From Candidatus Desulfacyla sp. (GTDB lineage Bacteria > Desulfobacterota > DSM-4660 > Desulfatiglandales > Desulfatiglandaceae): DNA of 54,297 nt. The stretch lies in contig JAWOIH010000214.1 of NCBI GenBank assembly GCA_046484725.1, positions 1-54,297 on the forward strand. Direction: 5' to 3'. Both the position numbers and the translations under genes were made by a program. Below are positions 1-7,835 of this stretch, one piece after another; position 1 is the stretch's first letter; the number at the start of each line of letters is the position of its first letter. Below the pieces are notes generated by a model. It worked only from the letters and a program-made list of their open reading frames with translations, was not told where the DNA came from and ran no database searches.

Positions 1-537
1 CTTCTGCCCAAGCATGATCTTTCTTTTTCGACGTGTTTTGAGATCGTAGGCCATGTCCCCCTGCCGGATGAACGTTGTCTCCTTATAGTTGAATCGGTCC
101 GAAAGATACCGGATCATAGAAAACAGATCCAGCACCTCAAAACCCTGAATTTCGAGGTCCCCTTTATGTCTGCAGAATTGCGGGAAAATGAGATTTTTCT
201 CCATCCCGTCAATGACAAAAGAGTGCGCTTTCAGGAAGTCCACCGTGAACATTTGAATATGCCTGCCGGCATCCAGAGATACGGAGCGTATGGTTTTGGG
301 GGTTTGAAAATCCTTCTTGTATTGATGCGCGATGTAATCCACAATGAATTTCCGAGGATCGATGACAAACCCTGTCAGGTATTTCTTGCCATTCTTATGA
401 ACGTCGATTTCAAGATAGCCGTAATCAATCTCATGTTTCTCACTCCGCGAAAGAAACTGGTCTTTCCTATACCAATCCATGGTGTAGAACTCGGCAACGG
501 ATATCTCCAATCGATTTTTCTCAATCACGGCATACAT
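1..537 (-). CDS. hypothetical protein; its 3' end runs off the left window edge (absent from the supplied ORF track)
   Basis: Hand translation of the minus strand from ATG 535-537 gives MYAVIEKNRLEISVAEFYTMDWYRKDQFLSRSEKHEIDYGYLEIDVHKNGKKYLTGFVIDPRKF... It stays open for 179 codons to base 1. It starts 15 nt after the zinc-ribbon ORF. No family recognised. Confidence 0.5.
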   Translation of the reverse strand, partial: MYAVIEKNRLEISVAEFYTMDWYRKDQFLSRSEKHEIDYGYLEIDVHKNGKKYLTGFVIDPRKFIVDYIAHQYKKDFQTPKTIRSVSLDAGRHIQMFTVDFLKAHSFVIDGMEKNLIFPQFCRHKGDLEIQGFEVLDLFSMIRYLSDRFNYKETTFIRQGDMAYDLKTRRKRKIMLGQK

Positions 538-552
538 ATGAACCCACTCTGC

Positions 553-894
553 TCAGCCTTTCCCCATTAGTTCCTCTGGATGCAGATGATTGGCTGCGTC
601 CGTTTGCCGACAATGCTCTCCGATGAGTTTCTTCAGGCAGTGCTGGCAGATGTCACATTCCACCTGGGCTCCATCGCCGAAAACAGACCCGTAGCCGCCG
701 ATGAATTTAACATGATGAAATTCCTGGGTTTCGAGGTCGTCGGCTGCATACTCGCGCTTGCAGACGTCGCAGATCACCGCATCGGGTTCCTCTATTGTCT
801 TCTGGATCTGTTTGTATCTGATCATTTCTGTCTCAGTACAAGTGATTATACGGGGTCGTACATCAAACGGATAGGGCCGGAAAAATGGACTCAA
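553..894 (-). CDS. small zinc-ribbon protein (two CxxC pairs)
   Basis: Motifs CDVC...CDICQHC. The TTG start at 894 overlaps the higA-1 stop (891-893). An alternative ATG lies at 825. Confidence 0.5.
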   Translation of the reverse strand: MSPFFRPYPFDVRPRIITCTETEMIRYKQIQKTIEEPDAVICDVCKREYAADDLETQEFHHVKFIGGYGSVFGDGAQVECDICQHCLKKLIGEHCRQTDAANHLHPEELMGKG

Positions 895-1178
895 GCGGTT
901 GCAATACGCTTTAAATTGCCAATATCAATGGACTGCTCTGCTTTCCAGAGATCGTATTGGAGCTGAAGCTTGAGCCAACCTTCAGGTGACCGGCCAAATA
1001 CCCTTGACAATCTCAATGCCATTTCAGGGCTAATTCCCGCTCTCCCATTTAACAGTGCCGAAAATGTCTTTCTTGTAACGCCAAGCGCCCTTGCCGCTTC
1101 GGTGACATTGATATGAAGTGGCTCAACGCAAAAGTCTCTAATAATTTCGCCAGGATGAGGCGGATTATGCATAGCCAT
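891..1178 (-). CDS. higA: HigA-family antitoxin (XRE-type HTH)
   Basis: N-terminus [19 protein letters not shown] segment [39 protein letters not shown] upstream. Lies 8 nt downstream of higB. Confidence 0.85.
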   Translation of the reverse strand: MAMHNPPHPGEIIRDFCVEPLHINVTEAARALGVTRKTFSALLNGRAGISPEMALRLSRVFGRSPEGWLKLQLQYDLWKAEQSIDIGNLKRIATA

Positions 1179-1186
1179 TTTTACTC

Positions 1187-1465
1187 CTAATGATAATCTT
1201 CATAATTTACATCAAATGCATCACCGCTTTGAATCTTGAATGTAATTCGCCAGTTCCCACTGACCTTGACCGCCCAAGCTCCTTTACGATTTCCCTTGAG
1301 CGGGTGGAGACCCAGGCCTGGCAAATCCATATCTTCAAGAGTCTCAGCCGTTTCAAGGAGCGCGAGAATCTTCCTGATTCGAGCTACCTGTTGAGGATCA
1401 ACACCGCTGGTGATGCCGGATTCGAATAATCGTTTGAGCCCTCTATGTTTGAATTTCTGAATCAT
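1187..1465 (-). CDS. higB: HigB toxin (RelE/ParE superfamily, plasmid-maintenance killer type)
   Basis: 92 aa, with [10 protein letters not shown]...[24 protein letters not shown]...DYH. Toxin-first order is typical of higBA. Confidence 0.85.
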   Translation of the reverse strand: MIQKFKHRGLKRLFESGITSGVDPQQVARIRKILALLETAETLEDMDLPGLGLHPLKGNRKGAWAVKVSGNWRITFKIQSGDAFDVNYEDYH

Positions 1466-1473
1466 GCGACTTC

Positions 1474-1502
1474 AGTGTAACCAGGAACGTATCAGGTGTC
1501 AA
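1474..1502 (-). promoter_or_regulatory. putative sigma70 promoter of the higBA-1 unit
   Basis: Minus strand reads TTGACA (1497-1502), 17-nt spacer, TACACT (1474-1479). This would give a near-leaderless higB mRNA. A second candidate is TTGACT (1643-1648), 16 nt, TATGAT (1621-1626). Confidence 0.35.
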
Positions 1503-1536
1503 TAGGAAGTGTAGCTATGCACAGGATAGCACATAA

Positions 1537-1560
1537 GCTGAAAGCTCAAAGCTCAAAGGG
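1537..1560. repeat. tandem heptamer words GCTGAAA GCTCAAA GCTCAAA
   Basis: Read directly. Member of the intergenic word-repeat family. Confidence 0.8.
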
Positions 1561-1987
1561 CAAACCAGAAAGCCGAAGGTTCAAGATGTAAGGATGCTGA
1601 AAATTCGGTAATTGTAGGAAATCATACTTCTAACATGTAGAAAGTCAAGTAAAATCAGTTAGAATAGCGAAGGGATTTAGGGGTATCCGGCGGTGGACCC
1701 AGGCCGCATTCTCATCGAGCCTGTTTTCACCATGCATCCTTTCAGAATCACACGGGTCCAGGACATCAATTACCTTCGGGCGAAGGTATCTCGGATATAA
1801 ATCATTGGATTTCATTTCGGCTGATTGTAAGTTATGCCGCGGCTATTTGCAAGAAAGTTTTCGGCTAATTATAAGAATTGATGCGTCTAATTGTAGGTTT
1901 AGGACAGCCCTTATCTCAATTGCCTGACTTATTTTGGCATGTTCAGGCCTCTGCCCACTCTGCCCATTGTGGCTGCCAACCGCGATC

Positions 1988-2302
1988 TTAATGCTTTGTT
2001 GCGCGATCTTGCCTGCTTTTAAGCCATTTCTTGAAAGAACTCTGACTTTCGCCGGAGGGTCTGCCCGACAGAAGACCTTCCACACTGATGTCTTCGTCCA
2101 GGTCATCCCAGTGGATTCCCTGACCCCTGCCGATAAGTCGCCAGTTCGCATGCTCCTCGGGACTCGCGTGCTCGAGTCGGGGATACCAACCCAACGGGGT
2201 CAGAATAGTGCGACCGTCACTCAGGTCGACTGCCAGGGTATCCATTGTGACGCGGACATTTACGGCATAAGGGATTTCGATTTCAACCGCCAAAATATTC
2301 AT
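1988..2302 (-). CDS. DUF2442 domain protein
   Basis: MNILAVEIEIPYAVNVRVTMDTLAVDLSDGRTILTPLGWYPRL..A.PEE..NW.LIG.G.GIHW.DLDEDISVEGLL. The internal ATG at 2302 is preferred over the longer ORF. Confidence 0.75.
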   Translation of the reverse strand: MNILAVEIEIPYAVNVRVTMDTLAVDLSDGRTILTPLGWYPRLEHASPEEHANWRLIGRGQGIHWDDLDEDISVEGLLSGRPSGESQSSFKKWLKSRQDRATKH

Positions 2303-2519
2303 GCCAGGCCTCCACAAAAGACTCGTGGTTTTCGTCAATAATTCTCCGAATTCGACTCAATTCCATGCGATCAAACCCCCCACTGCTCTGAAGCCGAACC
2401 GGATCCAGCCAAAATTTCGCAACATTGTCATCTCGCTCGACATGGATATGATAGGGCTCTTCTCGATCGCCTGCATAGAAAAAGAATCGATAAGGGTCAT
2501 TTCTGAGTACTGTCGGCAT
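2283..2519 (-). CDS. DUF4160 domain protein (partner of DUF2442, TA-like pair)
   Basis: 78 aa, with YRFFFYAGDREEPYHIHVERDDNVAKFWLDPV. Overlaps the downstream DUF2442 gene by 20 nt. Confidence 0.8.
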   Translation of the reverse strand: MPTVLRNDPYRFFFYAGDREEPYHIHVERDDNVAKFWLDPVRLQSSGGFDRMELSRIRRIIDENHESFVEAWHEYFGG

Positions 2520-2827
2520 TCAGTCCCCGTTCTCGAGGGAAGGATTCTGAGACAATAAGGGATCGGCATTCAGCCCTTTATTGGTACGGGACCGAAAGAG
2601 ACTCCCGGATTCGGCTCTATAGCGCGACCCACACCAAGTCGTCGCGGCTAAGGCTAAAGGCTGCCAGCTCATGATTGATAGGTTAGGGTGTAGGGCGTCA
2701 GGCCCAAGCACTGCTGATGTTTCAGGGTTCATAGCTGATAGCTGATGGATTATGATTCTATCATTGGAGATTTTATTGAAAATTAAGTGTAAGTCAAGTC
2801 AAATCACGAGTGCCCCTCGCCCTGCCT

Positions 2828-3037
2828 TTATTCGGCCATCCTCTGTCTCTTAATAATGGCCGTTAGACCGCGGAGAGCATCGTTGACCGAGTCGTGGTCT
2901 GGAAAATACTCGGCCACGTCGGGATCAATGACGACGACGTTGGCGCCTTCCGCATAGCGCTTCGCATATTTGCCCCGGACGCCACCAGAAAAATCGTATT
3001 CCTCCAGCATTTCCGGATCAGTCTTCATTCTCTTCAT
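2828..3037 (-). CDS. putative antitoxin-like small protein (EYDFSGGVRGKY motif)
   Basis: Internal ATG at 3037 preceded by GAGAGG. Sequence MKRMKTDPEMLEEYDFSGGVRGKYAKRYAEGANVVVIDPDVAEYFPD. This motif is typical of partners of DUF497/BrnT-type toxins. Confidence 0.5.
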   Translation of the reverse strand: MKRMKTDPEMLEEYDFSGGVRGKYAKRYAEGANVVVIDPDVAEYFPDHDSVNDALRGLTAIIKRQRMAE

Positions 3038-3217
3038 ATCCCAACCTCTCTCTTTTTGTTGCAATCTTGGGCTGATAATGCGTATTCGGTCGCCTCTTTC
3101 CGTATGCACAATAACGAAGAGTCGCCCCTTCACAGACCGCCCTATAAGGACAAAAAGTTCCTCATCTTCAGAATGAAGTGAGGGAATGGGGTCAGGCCGA
3201 ACGGGAAATAGGTTCAA
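3038..3217 (-). pseudogene. 5'-truncated BrnT (DUF497)-like toxin remnant, in frame with the downstream antitoxin-like ORF
   Basis: DPIPSLHSEDEELFVLIGRSVKGRLFVIVHTERGDRIRIISPR matches only the C-terminal half of BrnT-type toxins. The N-terminal ~35-40 aa are missing, and its 5' end overlaps the higA-2 stop. Confidence 0.5.
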
Positions 3218-3554
3218 GACGTGAGATTTCTTCTGCTCCCGGCCCGTTCATGGCATGCCAAAGATCCCAATCCTGCTGAAGACCAAGCCAAAAATCAGCC
3301 GGCATGCCCAGTACTTTAGCCAGGCGCAATGCGGTATCCGGCGTCACGGAACGGCGGCCGCGTACAATTTCGTTCAGTCGCGGATATGACACCCCGAGGT
3401 GAATAGCTAACTGACTCTGAGATATTCCCAAGGGCTTCACGAACTCTTCCAGCAACATCTCGCCGGGGTGTGTCGGCGGACGTTCCTTCGGCAAGCGCCG
3501 GTTCACATCATGATCAGTGATAATCGACGATTTCGACTTCGTAGGCATCTCCAT
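3192..3554 (-). CDS. higA: HigA-family antitoxin (XRE HTH)
   Basis: PTHPGEMLLEEFVKPLGISQSQLAIHLGVSYPRLNEIVRGRRSVTPDTALRLAKVLG. The start is uncertain because it overlaps higB-2 by 41 nt. Confidence 0.8.
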   Translation of the reverse strand: MEMPTKSKSSIITDHDVNRRLPKERPPTHPGEMLLEEFVKPLGISQSQLAIHLGVSYPRLNEIVRGRRSVTPDTALRLAKVLGMPADFWLGLQQDWDLWHAMNGPGAEEISRLEPISRSA

Positions 3555-3807
3555 CCTCCCATTTGAAACAGATCCGGAACTGCTGGTTTATCCGGATGCT
3601 GTATTGATTTTCTCTGTCACCGCGAAGGCGTTCCAGACGATTACCCGGTGGGATGGAAAGCTCTCCGATTTCTCGGACACGATTTATTTGATCCAGCTTA
3701 CGTTGGGCAATCGTCCACAAAAAGCGCGGGCAGCAACTCCTCGCCAGCCCGGAGTTTCTGCCATTAAATATGTCTTCGGCGCCTTGGCCGTGAAACGATT
3801 TTATCAT
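3514..3807 (-). CDS. higB: HigB toxin (RelE/ParE superfamily)
   Basis: 97 aa, with PPGNRLERLRGDRENQYSIRINQQFRICFKWEDGDAYEVEIVDYH. Confidence 0.8.
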   Translation of the reverse strand: MIKSFHGQGAEDIFNGRNSGLARSCCPRFLWTIAQRKLDQINRVREIGELSIPPGNRLERLRGDRENQYSIRINQQFRICFKWEDGDAYEVEIVDYH

Positions 3808-3810
3808 GGA

Positions 3811-4020
3811 TTATATTATAACGGGATCTATTATAGCTGTCAACTCGAACCAATCCGAACTTGATATCGCAATTTGCGATTTCAAGTTGGCAAACTCTTC
3901 TTTGGTCAATTTGAACGCAAAATCTTCTGGGAATTTCTCTATGTTTCTTCGAACTTGTTCGTTGAGGCGTCTGGTTTCAACGCCATAGAGTTTAGCCAAA
4001 TCCGAGTCCAGGATCGCCAT
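3811..4020 (-). pseudogene. 3'-truncated ORF6N (KilA-N-related) domain gene fragment
   Basis: ILDSDLAKLYGVETRRLNEQVRRNIEKFPEDFAFKLTKEEFANLKSQIAISS matches the N-terminal ORF6N domain. Similarity ends about 45 nt before the higB-2 start. Confidence 0.6.
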
Positions 4021-4156
4021 CGCCGTCGCCCTTGTTACAAGGCCAATTTCTGCCTCAACATGGAGGTCCTAATGACCATAATACCCCCAATCATAGCCTT
4101 TTTATCTGTCTCATCAAGCAGTTGTCTCGCTCCCACCCCCGCCCGCGGAATTTTTC

Positions 4157-4186
4157 TTGACATCCCTTTATCTATTTCTCTATTCT
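4157..4186 (+). promoter_or_regulatory. putative sigma70 promoter for the riboswitch-btuB transcript
   Basis: TTGACA (4157-4162), 18-nt spacer, TATTCT (4181-4186). Confidence 0.35.
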
Positions 4187-4197
4187 CATCTTCAAGT

Positions 4198-4408
4198 TCA
4201 GGTGCTCGTTTAGAGCTTAATAGGGAACGCCGTAAAAACGGGACGGGCCCGCCGCTGTGACCTTCTCCCTGGATCTTTGTGTTTGAAAGAAAAAGGGAAC
4301 TTTTTCAGCATGTTGTGCCACTGTCATGAACCCCGTGTCGGGGCGCCGATGGGAAGGCTGCTGAAAGGGGAGGGGAGTCAGAAGACCTGCCTGAATGCCG
4401 CACCAGCG
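4198..4408 (+). promoter_or_regulatory. cobalamin (B12) riboswitch aptamer
   Basis: AATAGGGAACGCCGTAAAAACGGGACGGGCCCGCCGCTGTGA core, B12 box GCCACTG at 4317-4323, GGGAAGGC, AGTCAGAAGACCTGCC. Closing helix GGTGC (4201) pairs with GCACC (4401). Located upstream of a TonB-dependent receptor and cobO. Confidence 0.85.
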
Positions 4409-4465
4409 GTGAGCGTGACCTTCGCGGACAGAGGGTAACGGCAGGATCTTGTGGATAAAACAGGG

Positions 4466-4507
4466 AAATCCCCGGATCGATTGGTTTCGGTCCGGGGATT
4501 TTTTTTG
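4466..4507 (+). terminator. intrinsic terminator (riboswitch expression platform)
   Basis: AAATCCCCGGA...TCCGGGGATT stem followed by a T8 run, about 55 nt upstream of the btuB start. Confidence 0.7.
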
Positions 4508-4564
4508 CACCGGGCCATTGGCGTGAAACAGAAACAGCATGTCAAAGGATAAGGAGATTTGGAT

Positions 4565-6598
4565 ATGAAAAGACATTTCGTTATTTCAATTCTGATGGCC
4601 TTGTTTGTGTTTCCTGGGTTCTGCATGGCCGGGAGCGCGCAGAAAGGCGATGGAGCGGTGGAAACGCTGGATGAGGTGGTCGTTTCGGCCACAAAGACGC
4701 CCGAAAAGCGGAAAGATGTTCCGAACGCTGTGATCGTCATCGATGAAATGCAGATCGAGGAGTCTCCGGCAAAGACCCTTGGGGAACTCCTGGCCAACGA
4801 GCCGGGCATTGACTGGCGGACCTATGGGGATTATGGGGGAGCTGTCGGACAAATACATATCCGGGGCATGGCGGGGAACGCCACCCAGGTCCGCGTCAAC
4901 GGCGTTACCGTCAATTCCCCTTCTCTTGGCCCCGCCGATGTGAGCAAGATACCGCTGAACAGCATTGAGCGGATCGAGGTGGTCAAGGGTTCGGGGTCGG
5001 TTCTGTATGGTTCAGGCGCCATGGCCGGGACCATCAACATCATCACCAAACGGCCTAAGCGGGAGGAAATGGACCTCAAGGCCAGGGCCGGCTACGGTAC
5101 CCAGGGCAGCTACGGGATTGCCGCGGAGCAGGGGATGTTTGCGGCCGGAGATTTTGGGTACTACCTGACCGCCAACCGGTACAAGACCGATGGATTTCGT
5201 TCCAACAGCGATTTGAGCCACAATGACGCTTCGCTCAATCTCGTGTTAGACAAAGGGGACCTTCTGGATGTCAGTCTCTATGGAGACTACATCTACAGAG
5301 ATTTTGGCAGGCCGGGCGTTCAGCCGCCTGCCGGTACTCAGAGCTATTATCTAAACGGAACCGAGTTGACCAACAGCGAATCCGCCAGCCTGGTAGACAG
5401 GGGGCGGGACAACGATGCCCATGGCGTCCTCAATGTCAGAAGCCGGCCTGCGGACTGGGTGGACCTCAAGTTCCGAGGAGATTATACCTACATGGAATCG
5501 TATAACTATGGCCGATATGTCTATTGGGGTTCTGCAGGAGGGGCCAGGACATGGGTGACCAACAAGGTCCTGGGATTTGAGGGAGACGTGGACCTGAGGC
5601 CGTTTTCAGGCGCGAATCTCCTGATCGGGGCGGAATACAAAAACTATGACTGGGAGAACAAGAACACCGACCTGGATGGCGGCGGGGCCGATGTCCCGGG
5701 CTCCACGACAAAGACCGATGCCAGCCTTCACACGACAGGCGTCTATATGGAAGGGCAATACCGGCCCTGCGAGTATGTCAAGGGCCTGGCAGGCATACGG
5801 CACGAGGATCACTCCGTTTTTGGAACAGAAGATCTTCCCCGCTTTGGCCTGATCATCAACCCTCTTCAGGAGACGGCGCTCAAAATCAATTACGGGAAAC
5901 ATTTTCTGGCGCCCACGCCCAACGATCTGTATTGGCCCAGCGATCCCTACACCAGCGGAAACCCCAATCTGAAGCCCGAAAAAGGTTGGCATCTGGATGC
6001 AGGCGTTGAACAGGCACTGTTTGAGAATAAATTGTTTCTGTCTCTCACCTATTTCAACTGGGATCTCAAAGATAAGATCCTCTGGGGGCCCGACAGCAAC
6101 TGGGTCTGGAAACCCCAGAATTTGGACAAGGCCAAGGCCCAGGGATGTGAAGTGGGCATAAAGATGGGTCCCTTTTACGATCTGACGCTTGCACTGGACT
6201 ATACCTATACGGACGCTGAAGAGGAGAACCCGTATGTGACTCGTCGCGCTACCTACACCCCCAGAGATCAGTTCCGGGGGGACCTCACCTATTGGGCGCC
6301 TTTCGGTCTGACCGCCGTGGCCACGGTCCGGTATGTGGGGGACCGGTATTATTATGGTTCGGATGAGACCATCACGGATCCGAGCAGCACCCTCGATTCG
6401 TACATCACCATGGATTTGAGACTCGAGCAGCGGCTTTTTGAACACTGGCTTTTGTCTTTGCAGGCAAACAACCTGTTCAACAAATCATACGATACCTATT
6501 TCGGTTCCTTCACCGACCAGATCAGCGGACAAACCAGTACAGCGGCCTTTCCAGGGGCCGGCCGCTCCCTGTTTTTTCAGGTCGCTTATGAGTTTTAA
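4565..6598 (+). CDS. btuB: TonB-dependent outer-membrane receptor, probable vitamin B12 transporter
   Basis: Signal peptide, TonB box region ETLDEVVVSATK, plug domain (IERIEVVKGSGSVLYGSGAMAGTINIITK), C-terminal aromatic residue (..VAYEF). ATG 4565 has AAGGAG 9 nt upstream. B12 riboswitch context. Confidence 0.85.
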   Translation: MKRHFVISILMALFVFPGFCMAGSAQKGDGAVETLDEVVVSATKTPEKRKDVPNAVIVIDEMQIEESPAKTLGELLANEPGIDWRTYGDYGGAVGQIHIRGMAGNATQVRVNGVTVNSPSLGPADVSKIPLNSIERIEVVKGSGSVLYGSGAMAGTINIITKRPKREEMDLKARAGYGTQGSYGIAAEQGMFAAGDFGYYLTANRYKTDGFRSNSDLSHNDASLNLVLDKGDLLDVSLYGDYIYRDFGRPGVQPPAGTQSYYLNGTELTNSESASLVDRGRDNDAHGVLNVRSRPADWVDLKFRGDYTYMESYNYGRYVYWGSAGGARTWVTNKVLGFEGDVDLRPFSGANLLIGAEYKNYDWENKNTDLDGGGADVPGSTTKTDASLHTTGVYMEGQYRPCEYVKGLAGIRHEDHSVFGTEDLPRFGLIINPLQETALKINYGKHFLAPTPNDLYWPSDPYTSGNPNLKPEKGWHLDAGVEQALFENKLFLSLTYFNWDLKDKILWGPDSNWVWKPQNLDKAKAQGCEVGIKMGPFYDLTLALDYTYTDAEEENPYVTRRATYTPRDQFRGDLTYWAPFGLTAVATVRYVGDRYYYGSDETITDPSSTLDSYITMDLRLEQRLFEHWLLSLQANNLFNKSYDTYFGSFTDQISGQTSTAAFPGAGRSLFFQVAYEF

Positions 6599-6646
6599 TC
6601 ATCTCCATGATATGGATTTGTGATAGTTGATTGAAAAACAGCCAAT

Positions 6647-6832
6647 GCGGGCTGCGCCCGCAACCCAATGATGGCCCGGTTTCGGGTTCAGGGGTTCAGG
6701 GTTCAGAGGTTTGACGAGCAACCGGGAACCCTGAACGGGAAACCCGGAACCTGTGAACCCTTACGAAATGTGAACTGAAAAAATGGGCTGTGCGGTTAAG
6801 CTTCTTTTGTTCCTTATACGGGCTAACCGCAC
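6647..6832. repeat. cluster of three hairpins plus GGTTCAGG word repeats in the btuB-cobO spacer
   Basis: GCGGGC-tgc-GCCCGC (6647-6661). GTTCAGGGTTC (6694-6704) pairs with GAACCCTGAAC (6726-6736). GTGCGGTTA (6790-6798) pairs with TAACCGCAC (6824-6832). Confidence 0.7.
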
Positions 6833-7141
6833 AAGGCCCATAAAATCCTGAGGGGAGAATCACCATGCAGTTTTATTGGCGTATCATCGAAGAATTGAGA
6901 TATCTGGGAGAGAGTGTGATTTTCCGTGACCCAGGTCTTCAAAGGCAGTATCATTGGTGGCTCAGGAAAAACGCGGCAGGCCTGGCCCTCAGCAGGGAAA
7001 CCGGCGGCACGGCAGGCGGGTCGCATGTCTTGAGAAACCTGAAGAAGTTCACGTCCCTGAATTAGTCGGGGAAAAGAGCGGCCCTCGGAACCTTGAACCT
7101 TCGGACCCGCTTCCATACGGGTTGCGCAATGAGGCAACTGG

Positions 7142-7657
7142 ATGAAAGGATATGTGCAGGTTTACACCGGCAACGGCAAGGGGAAGACCACGGCGGCCTT
7201 CGGGCTGGCCCTGCGGGCGGTGGGCGCGGGGCTCAGGGTTTTCATCGCCCAGTTTGTAAAGGATGCGAAATACAGTGAAATTAAGGCCGTGGAGAGATTG
7301 GACGATGCCATCACTCTGAAACAGTTCGGACGGGGACACTTTCTCAACAGAGAACCCGATGAAGCGGACATCCGTTGTGCGCGGGAAGGCCTGGAAGAGG
7401 TCCGGCAATTGATGTGCAGCGGCCTGTACGATGTTATCATCCTTGATGAGGTCAATATCGCCATCTATTATAACCTCATTTCCGTGGAAGACCTGCTGGC
7501 ATTTATGGGGGCAAGGCCCGACCCTGTGGAACTCGTGTTGACCGGGAGGAAGGCGGACCCCCGCATTATCGAGGCGGCCGATTTAGTGACGGAGATGGTG
7601 GAAGTAAAACACTATTACCACCAGGGCGTTAAGGCAAGGGTCGGCATTGAGAAATAA
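7142..7657 (+). CDS. cobO: cob(I)yrinic acid a,c-diamide adenosyltransferase
   Basis: MKGYVQVYTGNGKGKTTAAFGLALRAVGAGLRVFIAQF...ILDE...VKHYYHQGVKARVGIE. Confidence 0.9.
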   Translation: MKGYVQVYTGNGKGKTTAAFGLALRAVGAGLRVFIAQFVKDAKYSEIKAVERLDDAITLKQFGRGHFLNREPDEADIRCAREGLEEVRQLMCSGLYDVIILDEVNIAIYYNLISVEDLLAFMGARPDPVELVLTGRKADPRIIEAADLVTEMVEVKHYYHQGVKARVGIEK

Positions 7658-7835
7658 TCCTGGCGGACGGTATCGCAAATGAGATCCTAAAGCGGATAAC
7701 CGCAGCCAAAACATGTCTCGCGCAAAGAGGTAAGAACTTTCTTGTTTTTTGTGACAGAACACCTGGAAATAAGTCACTAAAGGGGTTTTCAGCGCGGTAC
7801 GGTTAATCCTCTGAAATCCGTTTGGGCTCGCCGGG

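Noticed and set aside
166-570. 134-aa plus-strand ORF from the supplied track
   Set aside because: It is antisense to a longer, more coding-like minus-strand ORF (1-537) that fits the higBA-1 operon. It has no SD and no recognisable motifs.
1655-1813. 52-codon minus-strand ORF MKSNDLYPRYLRPKVIDVL... resembling the first ~17 residues of DUF4143-type AAA ATPases
   Set aside because: The similarity is too short to call. It could be another gene remnant in the TA island but cannot be supported by eye.
2520-2732. 70-aa minus-strand ORF abutting the DUF4160 start
   Set aside because: It has no SD and no recognisable motif, and its sequence is low-complexity. It may be a remnant of something, but there is no support for calling it.
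6865-7065. 66-aa ORF with a GAGGGGAG SD in the btuB-cobO spacer
   Set aside because: The SD is good, but the amino-acid sequence is not protein-like and no motif is present. It is left unannotated and would need Ribo-seq or conservation evidence.
6950-7140. Possible second cobalamin riboswitch upstream of cobO (AGCAGGGAAACCGGCGG...)
   Set aside because: Only a short AGGGAA-CCGG resemblance is present. There is no B12 box (GCCACTG), no AGYCAGGAnACCTGCC-like 3' element and no terminator. Only a covariance-model scan could revive this.
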